This document shows positions 1-14,278 of a DNA stretch of 64,000 nt, piece by piece (position 1 is the first letter of the stretch; each line of letters begins with the position of its first letter). Position numbers and translations under genes: made by a program. Below the pieces are notes generated by a model, which was given only the letters and a program-made list of their open reading frames with translations, made no database searches and was not told the DNA's origin. Origin of the DNA: Octopus vulgaris (Eukaryota); assembly GCA_951406725.2 (NCBI GenBank), contig OX597816.1, positions 31,372,001 through 31,436,000 on the forward strand, given 5' to 3'.

Positions 1-309
1 GGTAGGATGTGTGCCACCGGAGGGGGGAAGATGACAACCACGTCAGTGGGATATGTGCCACCGAGCGAGGGATTTGAGGCCCCGCCCAGTGAAAGTGATA
101 AAGAATATATGTTCTTCTATCTCATGAGAGGGGCAATTGACAGTTTCGTAGATAATAATATGGATAATCGGGTCCTAGGAGACCCTACTTGTATTGGCAG
201 CCCAGAGTGGCCTCCGCGGGTGGCTGCTCTGGTGCTGAAAAGGAAGTAACGTGATCTTAAAATTGACTCGTGTAAAAACGAGAATTATAGAATTATTTTA
301 TGGAGCCCC

Positions 310-1085
310 GGATTGCGCTTGCACGAATGCCTGCAAGTTGCAAGAAAATTACTCGGGGAAACATTGTAGAGGTTTATCGCCTCCAATTTGTGTATAAATT
401 GTATTTTATAATTGTATGGACGTCTTAGTCCAAATATATTGTATTTTAAATTGTAAGAGGGTTAATTGAAAATGTAATGGGGGTATCTGGAATTTGTTAA
501 GATCTACGTGACTGGCAAGTGATGGTGTGTTTGATCCTCTCATCTTATGGAATGACCAGCCAAACAAGGACACAACGTGTTATTACGGTTAGACTTATAT
601 TTATTAAGTATAAACTTATATAAAACACGGATATCTCCTTTATGCTGCAAAATTACATTTTTCGATTTAGCGTTGTTATTCGAACGAAAATTTATATTGT
701 TATTACCGTTATGATTTGTTACCATGTCCTGATTAATAGAGGCATAATTAAAGTCAATGGGCTTAACATAGGTATTTTTATCTTTATAGCCTGCTTTAAT
801 TAAGGCAGAATTATAAAATGCGGCTTTATCTTTGAAGATATGAACATGAGCAGATAATCTAGAATGTCTAAGTGAAATATTTCTAAATTCCTTGTAATAG
901 TCTTCGGATTATTAATGAGAGAGCTAATATATTTCAAATTAGTTGAGAGTTTATGGTATGGGAAATAGGAATCATTAAATAGGCTAAAAGTAGTATGCGA
1001 AAAGTTGGCTTTAGTTATTTCATCATCGAAAATAAAATTTAAGCCAATGCTTCGGAAAAAATTTAAGCAACCTATCTTTGGTTAG
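310..1085 (-). mobile_element. Penelope-like retroelement remnant (RT C-terminus to GIY-YIG C-terminus, frameshifted)
   Basis: Manual minus-strand translation gives FFRSIGLNFIFDDEITKANFSHTTFSLFNDSYFPYHK...KYISS...NNPKTI and IFKDKAAFYNSALIKAGYK, resembling the PLE RT thumb region. Near 320-360, SNFLATCRHSCK resembles the ..CRH.. end of the PLE endonuclease. Confidence 0.7.
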
Positions 1086-1107
1086 AAACAATTTAAAGGT
1101 AAATTAG

Positions 1108-1184
<77 letters not shown>

Positions 1185-1409
1185 GTGCGTGCGTGTATGC
1201 ATGTATATACAAAACGGGCTGTTTAAAAGTTCATGACTTTGAAGGCGAATTAGTAAATTATGATTTTATTCAACCTATTCGTATCTTAGATTCACACATC
1301 TATTGCAGCGATCATTCACTTTGTCTGGACGCTGCAACTCGGCACGTTGGGCCTTCAGCCAGCCCTTTCGAGACACGCTTAAAGCCATATATATATATAC
1401 GACACCCTG

Positions 1410-1471
<62 letters not shown>

Positions 1472-3062
1472 TTGGATGTATGTATTATTATGAGGTGTAA
1501 ACAGTGACAAATACAGAGATACATATTTATCTGTTTGTGAGTTTTATTAATTTGTATAATAGACAATACTAAACAATACTATTGGAGTGTGTAGCCCTCA
1601 TTTGCTCGCATTATGAACTTTCCACACAAAACGAACAAACAATGAAAACTGTTCGCATATTTTATTTTATAGTGTAATAAAACATATATAGCAGTCTGAA
1701 GAGATTTCATGGTCATTAAACATAAAATATAGACATTTATTTAAATACTTATACCTTATTATACCACCTCCTACAAAACTATTAACGAAGACTTTTACTT
1801 CAATGTATTTTGTTTTAGTTAAATATTGTTTTGCCAATTATATTTTATGCATAATTTACAACATCTTCAAATAATAATATACTGAACATTTATTAAATAT
1901 ATTTACAAGTTTAAATACTTATTTTATGCGTGTCCAATCATTATTTTTTTAATAGGTGTTTCTGTCTTGTTGTCTTGAATATCTAGGTGCAGACAATCGC
2001 ATATACATACGAATATATGCACATATACATACACAGATACACACTCTTTTTAATGTGTTATGAGACAACATAAGTGCCAATTATTGACTTAAAAGTGAAA
2101 CCCTTCACAATTGATACACACATGCAGGCGCACGCACATACATCTACACACACAATACACACCGGCGCACACACTACACACAGGCGCACACATTATACAC
2201 ACGCACATACATACACACAAGTATACACACGTATGGTATTGTCCTATATCCTCCTTTTAAAAGAATACATACGTATATATGTTTTAGTATATGTCTTTGC
2301 CTATGTATTGTGGTATATATAAGAGTACTTTTTTTACGTAAGGAAAGCAAAGAGAGTGTATGGGAGAGAGGATGTGTAATTAAAATAGTTTGTGAGTGTG
2401 TCGTTTGAACGCGGGTGTGAGAGAAAGAGAGGGGCACAAACAGAATTAAAAATTAATGGACTGACTGACAGATAATTAATTATCATATCTCAATGTCTAT
2501 ATATATAACGTGTGTCTCCTTTATTTCATTATTCAGAAATAGGTCCTTCGCTATATGTCAGAGTTATGCCGTGATAGACATCCATGTCCTATAAATTATT
2601 TTACCTCGAAATACACTACCCCACTTAGTAATACTGATACTTAGTTGCAGCTATGATATAACATTATACGTATAAAATGTTATTTTAATAAATAACTGAT
2701 TATTTTTGAAAAAAGTTTTCGCGTAAGCTTTAATGAGTTTATTTGAGTGTTTTTTTTTATGTTTTGACAGTGGCCTGGGTTTGAGAGCCATCTTGAAAGG
2801 CATCATTACCATGATTTCTTACTGCTAAGGAAGTGCAAATTTTATGGTTGTTAATTATACGTGTTTAAATTACTTAATCGTCATTTTGTGATTTCTAAAC
2901 GGCATATTGTGCTACGTGGGGAAATATGCAGTTACGGCACTTGTATATTTCCTCGATTGATATAAGAAAAGGAGTGTCCCAACTTTTTACATTTTTTCGG
3001 CATACGATAAGTATTAATCAATTAAGCGGGATGTCATCAATCTCTTAATTTCGCTAGCAAGA

Positions 3063-3263
3063 AAGGCGGCGAGCTGGCAAAAACCTTATGCTTACCGATG
3101 ATTCATCTGTCTTTATGTTCTGATTTCAAATTCCCCTGTGGTCGACTTTGCATTTCATCCTTTCGGGTTCGATGACTTAAGTACCAGTTGCCTACTGGGG
3201 TCGCTCTAATCGACAGCCCCCTCCCCAAAAATTTAGGGCCTTGTGCCTAGAGTAGAAAAGAAT
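3063..3263 (+). mobile_element. tRNA-derived SINE (family A, resembles octopus SINEs)
   Basis: Head ggcggcgagctggc and B-box-like ttcaaattcc; body gtcgactttgcatttcatcctttcggg...aagtaccagtt is shared with the copies at 6852 and 48690. Confidence 0.75.
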
Positions 3264-3854
3264 TTCCCGCTAAGAAAGGGCTACAAGTGAACTTACTTTT
3301 CTTTTCCCACATCAATCAAAATTAATTATAGGAACTTTTTTATCGAAAAAATATATTCTAGAATACACTCTCTGTATTCCAAACACTATCTCTCTCTTTT
3401 ATTCTCCCTCCATCCCCCCTCACTCTGCATGTATATCACCCTCTAAGTAATTCTCTTTACGTAAGAAGATTTTCGTGTTAATCATTTGTTCATTATATCT
3501 TGATATTTTGTGAGAATTACACAAAATGCAGTTAGTGCCCACGCATATAAATGTTTCTTATTTTCACACTTTTTAATCACTACAAGCCATTTTAGTACTG
3601 TACATATTTTATTCAAGCGACCTCGTTATTTGTAATAAACGTTCCATTATATTAATTCACTATGTTCCATTACGTTAATTCAAAAGCATATTTTTCAACA
3701 AAAGTAATTTTCACTAGAACTCTACTGCCATCTACAAACGCGTTACACTTTGTTATCATGAAGTAATTACGTCGTTGTATTATATTCTAACACTATTGTT
3801 TATTTATTTATTTATTTTTTATTTAAGAGTTTTAAACTGATGGACCTTCAAGGA

Positions 3855-4050
3855 CACTCTACCGTACGGCTTCCACCGCTGCGTCATTGCGCACGTTGCA
3901 CTTAGGAACCCTTCCAGGAAGATCGCCGACTAATCCTTTTCTTTCAAACCGGGCCATTAGGTTCCGAATCAGGTTATCGCTTGGAGATAATTTGACAGTA
4001 AAAAAGGTGCCTGTATATATTAGACACATCCAATAAAAATACAATATGGC
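3855..4050 (-). mobile_element. Tc1/mariner-type transposase N-terminal fragment
   Basis: ORF 3859..4044 IRNLMARFERKGLVGDLPGRVPKCNVR resembles the HTH-region motif I...V.RFE.TGSV.D.P.SGR. Confidence 0.5.
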
Positions 4051-4119
4051 TGATCGTTAGTAAGGAGAGACACAGACACACACAGACACATATACACCCA
4101 AACATATTTTTTCTTAATA

Positions 4120-4285
4120 TTTTACTTGTTTCTTGACTGCGACCATGCTGGGGCTACACTTTGTAAGCCTAGTAATTATCCTATCGGGTTCTTTTGGCGA
4201 ACAGCTAAGTTACGGGGATGGAAACACAGCGCCTAATCTTGTCAAGCTTGAGTGGGGTGGGTGACAAAGACAGACATGCAAAACA
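4120..4285 (-). mobile_element. 3' fragment of composite SINE (family B)
   Basis: ttttacttgtttc..gactgcgaccatgctgg matches the reverse-strand tail of the copy at 34598-35028. Confidence 0.6.
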
Positions 4286-4376
4286 TATTTATTTATTTAT
4301 GTATATATATTTATATAGATATATATGTATGTATGTGTCTCTGTTTGTGTGTGTATATGTTTGTGTGAATGTATCT

Positions 4377-4422
<46 letters not shown>

Positions 4423-4654
4423 ATTTATATATATATATGTGTGTGTGTGTGTGTATATATATATGTATGTATGTATGTATATGTATATATATATACATAT
4501 ATATATATACATATATATATATATGGGTGTGTGTGATTGTGTATAGAAGAATATATTAATAAAAGAATTAACCTTGTGTGTAATCTTATAATGATATATT
4601 ATAAGATAATATATATAATTGTGTGTGTGTGTGTGTGTATATGTATGTATGTAT

Positions 4655-4699
<45 letters not shown>

Positions 4700-4769
4700 T
4701 GATAATGGTGTCATTGAGACCCAAAGGTGTCAGGTAATCAGGTAATGATGAATAAGTGCTATGGACAGA

Positions 4770-5580
4770 CCATAGTTAAGTTCCGGATTCAGTAATATTG
4801 CGAATAAATGGTTCAAAGTTGGCTCTATGTCAGCGTGTGTATATAAAAATGTTTGCCGTAATTCCTTCAGCACTCTAGCAGGGAACCTGTCCGGACCCAC
4901 TGATGAATCAGGTTTGATTTATTTTTATTGCTGGTAGGACATCAGTGGCATCGAATGTTATGTCGGAAAGGACATCTCGAGGATTCAAAGAAGCAAAACT
5001 GCTTGAGTTAACTGAATCAGGGTCACTGAAGACAGACCAGTATTAACTTTGCAGTGTCTCAGCCATTTTTTTTCGCATCACAGTGCAGGATGACTTTTCT
5101 GTCAACCAGTGGGCTGATAGAGGAAACTCTGACCCTATGTGTGTTTACAAAGGAGTATAAGATGCTTTTAATAGCCCGGGCGTCCTTTGCAGCTCTTTGG
5201 TCTTTTATAAGGATCCTCATACATTCCTGGCGTTGTTGCTTCTTTAATTCCAAGGTTGTTAATTTTCTCGATTGGGGTGATGGTATTTTAATGTATTGAT
5301 TTTTCAGTTTATTCTTCTTATACTCCTGGTGAGCGCTTTTCTCTGGTTTGGAATCCTCGGTCTACTGTTATTTATGAGTCTTGGGGGTGTCTGTTTTGAA
5401 CATATGTGGGTGACTGCGTCCTCAAATTCTCGCCATGCGTTTGTTGTACTATTGTAGGTAGAAAGGCTGAAGGACCAGTCTACTTGCAATACGCTTTGAG
5501 TGGCCGCACTCCAGTTTGACTTGCGTAAATCCATGTTATCAAATGGATGCTCTGGAGTTTTGGATGCTGAATATTGACGT
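4770..5580 (-). mobile_element. Non-LTR LINE (CR1/Jockey-like) ORF2 fragment, endonuclease-RT linker
   Basis: ORFs 5304..5534 (DLRKSNW...VDW...AWREF) and 5059..5253 (AIKS..ILYSFV), followed by LSDITFDATDVLPAIKIIKPDSSVGPDRFPARVLKE, which matches the S.GPD..P..VLKE motif at the start of LINE RT. Confidence 0.75.
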
Positions 5581-5585
5581 TACAG

Positions 5586-5665
<80 letters not shown>

Positions 5666-5669
5666 AATA

Positions 5670-6053
5670 ACTCATCATCACTGATCTAATAAATGGAAAC
5701 GTTATTGTTCCCAAATCTCTCAATGAAAGATATACAGTAGAAGTATTTTAAGGTAAAGATTATTTACCAAACTTATGTAGCACCGCTCTCTCAGCCAAAT
5801 AGATGTTATGTGCCCATGAAGGGAGACAACCCTGAAACCGCACGATCCACAGATACTGCTTTGTTCTGTGTGTCGTATTGCCAACTGGAGACTATGTCTC
5901 CTGGGGCTAAACAACTGTAGCATTCGTCCCGATCGGGATTGCCACATTATATTGGCAAATATTGTTTACTTTAAAATACTACTACTGTATATCTTTCGTT
6001 GAGAGATTTAGGAACAATAATGATTCTATTTAATAGACAAGTGGTTGTGTGTC
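5670..6053. repeat. Foldback element: ~110-bp imperfect inverted arms around a ~155-bp spacer
   Basis: ttattgttcccaaatctctcaatgaaagatatacagtagaagtattttaaggtaaa (from 5702) is the reverse complement of tttactttaaaatactactactgtatatctttcgttgagagatttaggaacaataa (5965-6020), with few mismatches. Confidence 0.85.
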
Positions 6054-6479
6054 ACTTAGAAAATTATATATATTTTCGAACGAGTGTTAGGCTGCACTGT
6101 CTTAGACAAAGATTTATTCTGTACTGATAAGCAAATAATTTTTACACAGACACACACAGACACAGACACACACACACACACCCCCCACACCCCCACACGC
6201 ATACATACATATTTATATATACTTACATATGTGAATGTGTGTATGCATATGAATGTCTATATACTGCATATATTTTTCATAAAAAAATATCCTTTCTTAA
6301 TTCTGTACAGGGGGCAGTAATTTTCAAGGGGGTGGAAGGCGATTACTTCGACCCCAGCTCTAACCAGATACTTATTTTTATCGACACGAAAATGATGAAA
6401 ACCAAAGTACGCTTTTTGAACTCAAAACATCAAGACAAATGAAATACTGCTAAGCATTTTGTCTGCAGCTCTAATGATT

Positions 6480-6830
6480 TGGTTTGTTTGTTTGTTCCTT
6501 CTCGAGCCATGCCTGGCTTATAAGGGCTTATAAGGGCCAATGTTTCCAGAGGTGAATTATTCAAACCCCAAAGATTCCCTCTCAACACATGGCTATGATG
6601 CTCCCCCACTACTTCTGTTCGTGATCAGAGATGCACATATCGTCAGCCACTAAGGGACATGCTCAACTGGTTAAGGTCAAACAACTGACAAGCAAATCTG
6701 TGGTATTGAGCAGAATATTTGCTGTAGCCCATCTTTATACCAAGACAAAACAATGTACATGATAACACTTCCAATCAGTTAAGATCAGATGCCATGAGAG
6801 CCACTGCCTGGTACTGCATCAGGGCATTTA
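6480..6830 (-). mobile_element. Interspersed retroposon-like repeat with (AAAC)n tail
   Basis: Bounded by (gttt)n and (att)n runs; its tail gagccatgcctggcttataagggc loosely resembles the tail of the SINE at 30129. Confidence 0.4.
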
Positions 6831-6851
6831 TTATTATTATTATTATTATTC

Positions 6852-7348
<497 letters not shown>

Positions 7349-7884
7349 GCTCTAATGATTCTGCTATGTCATCCCGATATTATATTTCAAAAGTAATAAC
7401 ATGCTAACAAGTGGAATGAAAATATTCTGGTGAGGTCGAAACAGAGAAAAAGTAAGGAAAAGTTGAAAGATAGATGGAGCAGGATACTGTAAGATGAATA
7501 TAATTGGCAGGTAGTGAAAATGCGAAGATGTGGTGAGGTGACATAAATGAATCGGTAAATAAAAGAGGGGAAATATACCCTCTATTTAAAATGATACAAA
7601 ACGGAAGGATATTTATGCAGTAAAACATCTGACTTCAAAGTATTTTCAGTTACATCATTCTTTGTTTTAATTTCTTTTGTTTTAGTACATGTTCTATAGT
7701 AGCATGATCACTAGAATATCAATGCGTTTCCATATAAACGTAGAGAGAATATATATCCATCATTTCCTCTCTACTCAGTTTTTAAAGATATCTTGTTCTT
7801 TCGTGTGTAGGAATATGAGTTTAAATACGTATGTTCGTACACACACTCAAACACAGACACATACACACATGCACACACATGTAT

Positions 7885-7934
<50 letters not shown>

Positions 7935-10900
7935 GCATATATCTACATAGTTACACACACACACATATTCACAGGATTTGGAGCTATAATTAGTTTCATG
8001 TTCCAGAAATGACAAAGCTTGTATAGCGTGTTTTGCATTTTACAGTGCATTTATCTCTGAGCGGATGGAGTACATTTTTTTGATTCCATCAGTAACGCAA
8101 TAGTGCATAAATATACATAGGTGTATGCCTCTGTATGCGCTTATAATTGGGTGTTTGTGTGTAAAAGTTATCCCTGTATTTCACATATGTCTCTCAATGT
8201 TGATAGATATAGCAGACAAATTACCATAGCTAACTGAATTTAGTCAGTCTTAACGTTTTACACTAATCGACCTCCGTGCTATAAAAATAAGAATTATATG
8301 AATGGAAACCCTATTTTGTCTTCAGATTAATAAAAATCCAAGACAAAAATGGACTCATGTGCTTTTTTTTATTAGTTTAGTGGTCGTTGTTACTTTGATA
8401 ACCGCTCGTCTAATAGAAAATTGCTGTTGCACAAAAGACGCACTGACATTAAAACATTAAAGTCAGTATACCGATGTCTTACCAAATTCTTTTTATACAA
8501 TATAGATTGTGAGCCACAGTCGATATTATGGTCATATCCTGAAAATATGAAACATTAAAATTAAATGATAAACGAAATAGTTCATTTGTTATATGGTAAG
8601 CGTTTGGTGTACGCTCAAGATTAGAAATATACTTTCTTTAATGTCTGCAATATGTGATTCAAAAAGACAAAGAATAGCGATTATTAGATGTAAGAGCAAT
8701 ACAAAGACGTAAAATAATAAGTAAACACTAATGCATCAAATAGAGTTGTTGGTATAAGTAAAATATAGAGCTACCATACAAGCGGACTGGCATTATGAGG
8801 CATGAGTATTACATATGGGATGTTGTAGAGTATGTGAGATTATAGAAAGAACAGCAGCCTTGCAAGTTCAAGAGGCTAATAGCCATAATTTAGAGGAACA
8901 CTACGTATTCAATGAGAACATAAGACGTAAGAGGCATACGAGAATATCAAAGAACAGAGCAAAATGAAATACAAAACATAGGGAAGAAAAAAATTTAAAT
9001 TTAAAATAAAAATAAAACAGTCAAATATAGATAGAAATGCAGAAAAATAGGATGGTGAAATTTATTAATCATAGTCAAAAGAAAGGAATATTAAGGTTGC
9101 AAAATGAAGAATAGATCTACTATTCCCTAAGTTGCTGGAAATGGAACTTTCACTTCGTCAGTTTTTACAATGACGATGAAACTTTTAGTAAGTTCTTTGC
9201 TCCATAAAAACGAGTTATTATTTTCTGTTCTCAGTAATGTTTGAACACATCAGTGGAGATCCCAGTTATTCTACCATGCATGAGCAAAACAACCGTGAAG
9301 GACAAAAAGAAAGGAAAAGAAAATCTTATGAAGAAATGCTGGAGTGTCAGAAGAGACTCGTACACAATCACACGTAAGCAAATTATACGAAAAATTAGTG
9401 AAAGATTAAAATTTTAATAGGGAGGATATATCGCCAAATTGTTCAGTACAACAGTTTGCTTGAAAAAGTATTAATGTATTGTATTCCTCATGCGTTATGA
9501 TTACTACAATCTCCAGACCATTTGTTTGATGTTTTTGAGGATATCAATTTGTCAAACAGTGAATTTAGTCAAGAACAACTCCATACTCCCTTAAATTCAA
9601 ATGCGAAAATGAGAAACATAGTAGATAGCAATAGCTAATAGAAAATTTCATTGTAGCTCGTAAACTAAAAAGCTTATACTAAATATCGATCTTGAAGGAA
9701 TTTTAATATAAAAAAAATATTTTAGTTATGAGAGCAGATTGACATGTTCTACACTGCAAACTACATCACATTATAAGAATTATATAGAAAATATGTACCA
9801 TTTTGGTACATATATGTGAGTTTGGTTGTGTGTGTGTGTGTGAGTATATGCGTGTTTATACGTATGTATGTGAATATATGTATATATATATATATATATG
9901 TCTCTCTCTTTATATAAAGATAGATATAAATATCTATACCCGCAAACGCACAAACGCACACGCCTTTTCTCTTTCACACACACATAAACACATACACACA
10001 CATATATCTATGCATATCGTAGTATGCCAAAACTTACTGAGGGCAAATAGCATTTTATATTCACACTCTACAATAAATTATATAGTAAACAATAATGTAA
10101 AGCACTTTCGAAATTGTAACATGTATCTTATTGTGTTACACTACGAATATTGCAGTAAACCATGATCTATGAAGCAGAACATAAATAGAATATTAATTTT
10201 AAAAAAAAGAATATTTTAGTGTTTTATGAAAAAAAATATTGATTCTGAATGAGATTTTTAACGTTTCATTTCTTACATTTTAAGAGCATAGACATGCTCT
10301 TATAATATATTGTGATGAAAATCATAAATACCGAAGATTATTGAACACGGCAATTTCAAATGGATCGAATAATCATTGGGAATTACATAGAAATATCTGC
10401 AAAACTCGTCATACTTTTGGTATCGAGTGTATAAATATGATACATAGTTTATCACGGTTTGATTCAAGATAAATTTGATTCAAGATAAATAACATGTCCG
10501 AATTATTATCTATTTTAAAGTATGTCATTAAATATAAGGATGAATATGCAGTTTCTATCGTGTTATTTCATATTTTATTGTGCCTTTATTATTTGGGTAT
10601 TCATTTATGCTTGATGAAAAAAATTATTAGTATATATCAAATCATGTGAATACTAAATTAACAAAGCTATCAGTAAAAATACATATTCATAGCTTCTTGT
10701 TACATGATTGTATTTTGTGACAAATTATTCATAATTTTGAACGATCAATTTTGACACTACATATCAATTCTTTAAAGCGATACTACATTAATCGTTTCAG
10801 CATCCTTGTGTGTGACTGATTATCAATGATAATATGAAGAAGAATTTTATAGATGACTCACGATAGTAACAAACATTTCTTTAAATTATTTACATTATTT

Positions 10901-10938
10901 ACAACTGATGGATATTTGTCCTCATCTTGTTTGTTGTT

Positions 10939-10984
10939 GATACAACGTTTCGGCTGATATACACTCCAGCGTTCATCAGGTGTC
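10939..10984 (-). ncRNA. Minimal type I hammerhead ribozyme motif
   Basis: Minus strand reads gacac-CTGATGA-a-cgctg-gagtgtatat-cagcc-GAAAC-GTT-gtatc. The core is intact, stem III is the palindrome ACGT, and stems I and II have one mismatch each. Confidence 0.75.
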
Positions 10985-11232
10985 TTTGGGAAATTTTGAA
11001 CATGAGTTCTCATTCCTAAGGCAGTTTTCGATGTTGTTGTTGTTCTTCTTCTTATTGTTGTTGTTGTTGTTGTTTTTTTGTTATTATTGTTATTGTTGTT
11101 GTTTTTGTTGTTGTTGTTGTTACGATTATTATTAATATTATTTTTAATCGAATTCGGAATAATAATAATAACAACAACAACAACATCGAAAAATACCTTA
11201 GGAAGGAGAAACCAGGTTCGAAATTTCCCTAA

Positions 11233-11278
11233 GACACCTGATAAAGGCTGGAGGGTATATCAGCCGAAACGTTGTGTC
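11233..11278 (+). ncRNA. Minimal type I hammerhead ribozyme motif (G8A core change)
   Basis: gacac-CTGATAA-a-ggctg-gagggtatat-cagcc-GAAAC-GTT-gtgtc, with perfect stem I (gacac/gtgtc) and stem II (ggctg/cagcc). Confidence 0.75.
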
Positions 11279-12485
11279 AACAACAAACAAGATGAAGACA
11301 AATATCCGTCAATAGTAAATAATATAAATAAGTACACAATTCCTCATATTTTAAATATAGAAGTGTATGAAATATTTCTTTCACTAAAAAAAAAATTCCA
11401 ATTAAATGTCACTTTTAACTCCCGTCATCATTCGTATTGTGCCCTAGCACTAATCAGTATACATAATACTTCTTCCATAGATGTCATCATCCGGAACATC
11501 TACCTGTCAACATCCTACAGTGATTGAAGAATAAAGTCGACAATAGCAATTTCAACGGTCATGAAGTGGATACAAATATCATTTAATGAAGCGCTTCTAT
11601 TAAATTAACGCACCTGTCTGGCTCCGTACGCATTGTAAGCTGACAATGTTAAAATATTAATAGATGTTTGGTCTTAATCGGACAATATAATAAATCTGAA
11701 ATTCTTTATTCTGCCCTCGGGCATTTTTGCGACACGTTTGTATTACGTTGCAACATGTCAAAAATGTTGGTTAAAACACGTATTTAAATATCGAAAAGAA
11801 GGGGGAACGCGTATTTTAATTCATGTGCTTTAACCAAAGTTAGTTTCTTCTATATTCATAACTTTCAATCCTCACCAGTGCAATCTACACAATTCTGAAT
11901 AGAAACGGCTCTTTGGAATGATAATTGATCCTGAGTTTTTCCTCAATGTTCATTCTCATTCATATTATTCTGCATAGACGTGCACCCTCCCATTTATTCT
12001 CAGGCTGAAAGAGTGCCACACGTCGATCTTTTTATTATCATGCATAAACTATCTGCAGTTGGCCTACGCATGTTCCATGTAACCAATTTTACAATGCTTG
12101 GTTCCACCAGAAGGTATTGTAGCAGATAACACTTAAAAGATATGCAGTGAGAGTGTAACTGAGCCTCATGATTTCATCTCGTCAACCACATCTACACACA
12201 TACTCGGTAGAGCATATAGCAATTAAAGTGCTTTTCAATATATGACCCCCGTAATCTCACACTATTGCACCAGTATAATATTTCATATGATACGCGCCAA
12301 AACTTGATCGTATACACAACTGATTATCTTGCGAAAAAAAGCCCTTGAATACTTGGATTCTCTTACAACTAGAACATTGGACAGTGCAGTTATTTATAAT
12401 ACTAAGTTTCATAAAAGAATATGACCCTGCATTATCGGGTAAAATGTATTAATTATAAATTAATAATGCTTTTATCCTATATCAT

Positions 12486-12544
<59 letters not shown>

Positions 12545-12562
12545 GTACAAGGGATAAATATG

Positions 12563-13405
12563 TATTTACATTCGGTTGTGTAAATTTTGGAAGTGTTAGT
12601 TGGATATCTGTTACACGATGTCGCTCGATGATGTGCATATTTACTCCTAGTACTTCCAAATTTTATATTGGAAATGCTACACTGATAATGAGAAATGAGC
12701 AATTAAACTCTTTACTCTCCAAACGCGCCTGTGTCTAATTAAAATCGTGTTGATTCATTATTTTTTCTCTTTGCCTATGTAAAAATGTGTGTTACTCTCT
12801 GGGAGATTCTTACGGTAGTAAAAAAGGAATTTTTTAAATCCTATTTCTAAATTCGGTATGCGGTGAAGCAATCAGCTGCCCCTACTTATGATTATGTTTC
12901 TAATTATAGATTATTTGTATGATTTTACCTACAAAGATTATTTTAACGTACCGATCTACTTGGTAAAATAATTAATTCCTTGATTGATTAATTAATTAAT
13001 TTTACTATTTTATTATTAACTTGAAATTATAAGTTACTCCCTTAAAGAATACTGCAGTTTCCTGCGGTACTGCTCGTGATAATCATGCATTCACATTTGG
13101 CTGTGTAAATTTTGGAAGTGTTGGTTGGATATCTGTTGCACGATGTCGTTCGATCGTGTGCATATTTAACCCCATGACTTTCAAATTTTATCCTGCAAAT
13201 GCAACACTGATGATAACAAGTAAGTAATTAAACACTTTAATCTCGAAACGCGTCTGTGGATAATGTGAGACATATTGATTCGGTATTTTTCTCATTGCCT
13301 ACGTAAAACAGTGTGTTACAGTATGGGAGAATTCAACTCCTATTTCTAAATTCGGTATGTGGTGAAGCAATTAGCTGAAACCTAATTTTGTTTATAGTTA
13401 TAGAT

Positions 13406-13410
<5 letters not shown>
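12563..13410 (+). repeat. Diverged tandem duplication, period ~525 bp; each unit has a ~90-nt hairpin and a hammerhead motif
   Basis: 12565-12910 aligns with 13089-13405 (tgtgtaaattttggaagtgtt..ttggatatctgtt..., tcctatttctaaattcggtatg.ggtgaagcaat.agctg). Confidence 0.9.
13202..13259 (+). ncRNA. Type I hammerhead ribozyme motif
   Basis: caaca-CTGATGA-...attaaa-cac-tttaat-ctc-GAAAC-gc-GTC-tgtgg: intact core, GUC site, ACGCGT palindrome. A degenerate paralogue lies at 12677-12735 (CTGATAA...CAAACgcGCC). Confidence 0.65.
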
Positions 13411-13475
<65 letters not shown>

Positions 13476-14192
13476 TGTGTGTGTCCTGTACTATGACACG
13501 ATAACACTAGGGCGTTTGGCTAATATTTCCTAGATATATAGCAACAAAATAGATTCTTTGTAACCTCATTCTGAAACAGTCGAATCCTAGGGTTTTGATG
13601 CAGTAAATCTTACGACTATTGATTTATCCTTTACGATATATCGTCGATGTTTACTGTTATGTAAATTGTTACTTATAAACATTGCACTCTCAGTGTATGT
13701 CTATTTGGATACTGTGTTCACTACTTGCTGCTACAAGCCTGCCGTTTGCTCCCAAACACAATAACATACGGAGTTTCAGATGCTGCTCACGTCAGACCAT
13801 ATGATGAATGTATACATTCAATACTTTACTACGAGGAGTATTTTTTTTGACAGCCATCTACCAATATAATCTGGGACAAAGTTACTTTAATATATTCAAA
13901 CATACATATACATCGCTACACTGCTACACTATAAGGAATCCAGTTGACATGATGGCAACATAGATCAAATCAAATTTCGTTTTGACATTGCAAGAGTAAA
14001 TTCTATTTCAAGAAACGCAGTACATGACAGGCACCCGTCAAGTTTTTGGCATGATATTTGCCCATCAACGTTCCTGAATTAATCTTATGCAAAGTAAAAC
14101 GTTCAGAAACGCCGATATGATAGACATGAATATACATGTATACATATGTATGTGTGTATATATATAAATATAAATATATATATATATACATA

Positions 14193-14278
<86 letters not shown>

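Larger units (their letters stand above)
10886..11331. repeat. Inverted repeat (~150-bp arms) around a (GTT/ATT)n spacer; each arm carries a hammerhead motif
   Basis: 10886-11040 is the reverse complement of ~11175-11331 at high identity. Confidence 0.9.

Noticed and set aside
7-249. 80-aa ORF at the window start; a minus-strand GAAACTGTC suggesting a hammerhead
   Set aside because: No recognisable domain, and no convincing CUGANGA box or stems.
1696-1735. CTGAAGA followed by a weak hairpin
   Set aside because: No GAAA box and no stem I. The same applies to isolated boxes at 4900, 14611, 19222, 31454 and 62575.
8560-9050. Possible very old LINE remnants (also 28750-29800, 36030-37700, 58420-59500)
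   Set aside because: Only faint motif resemblance; family and boundaries cannot be supported without a profile search.
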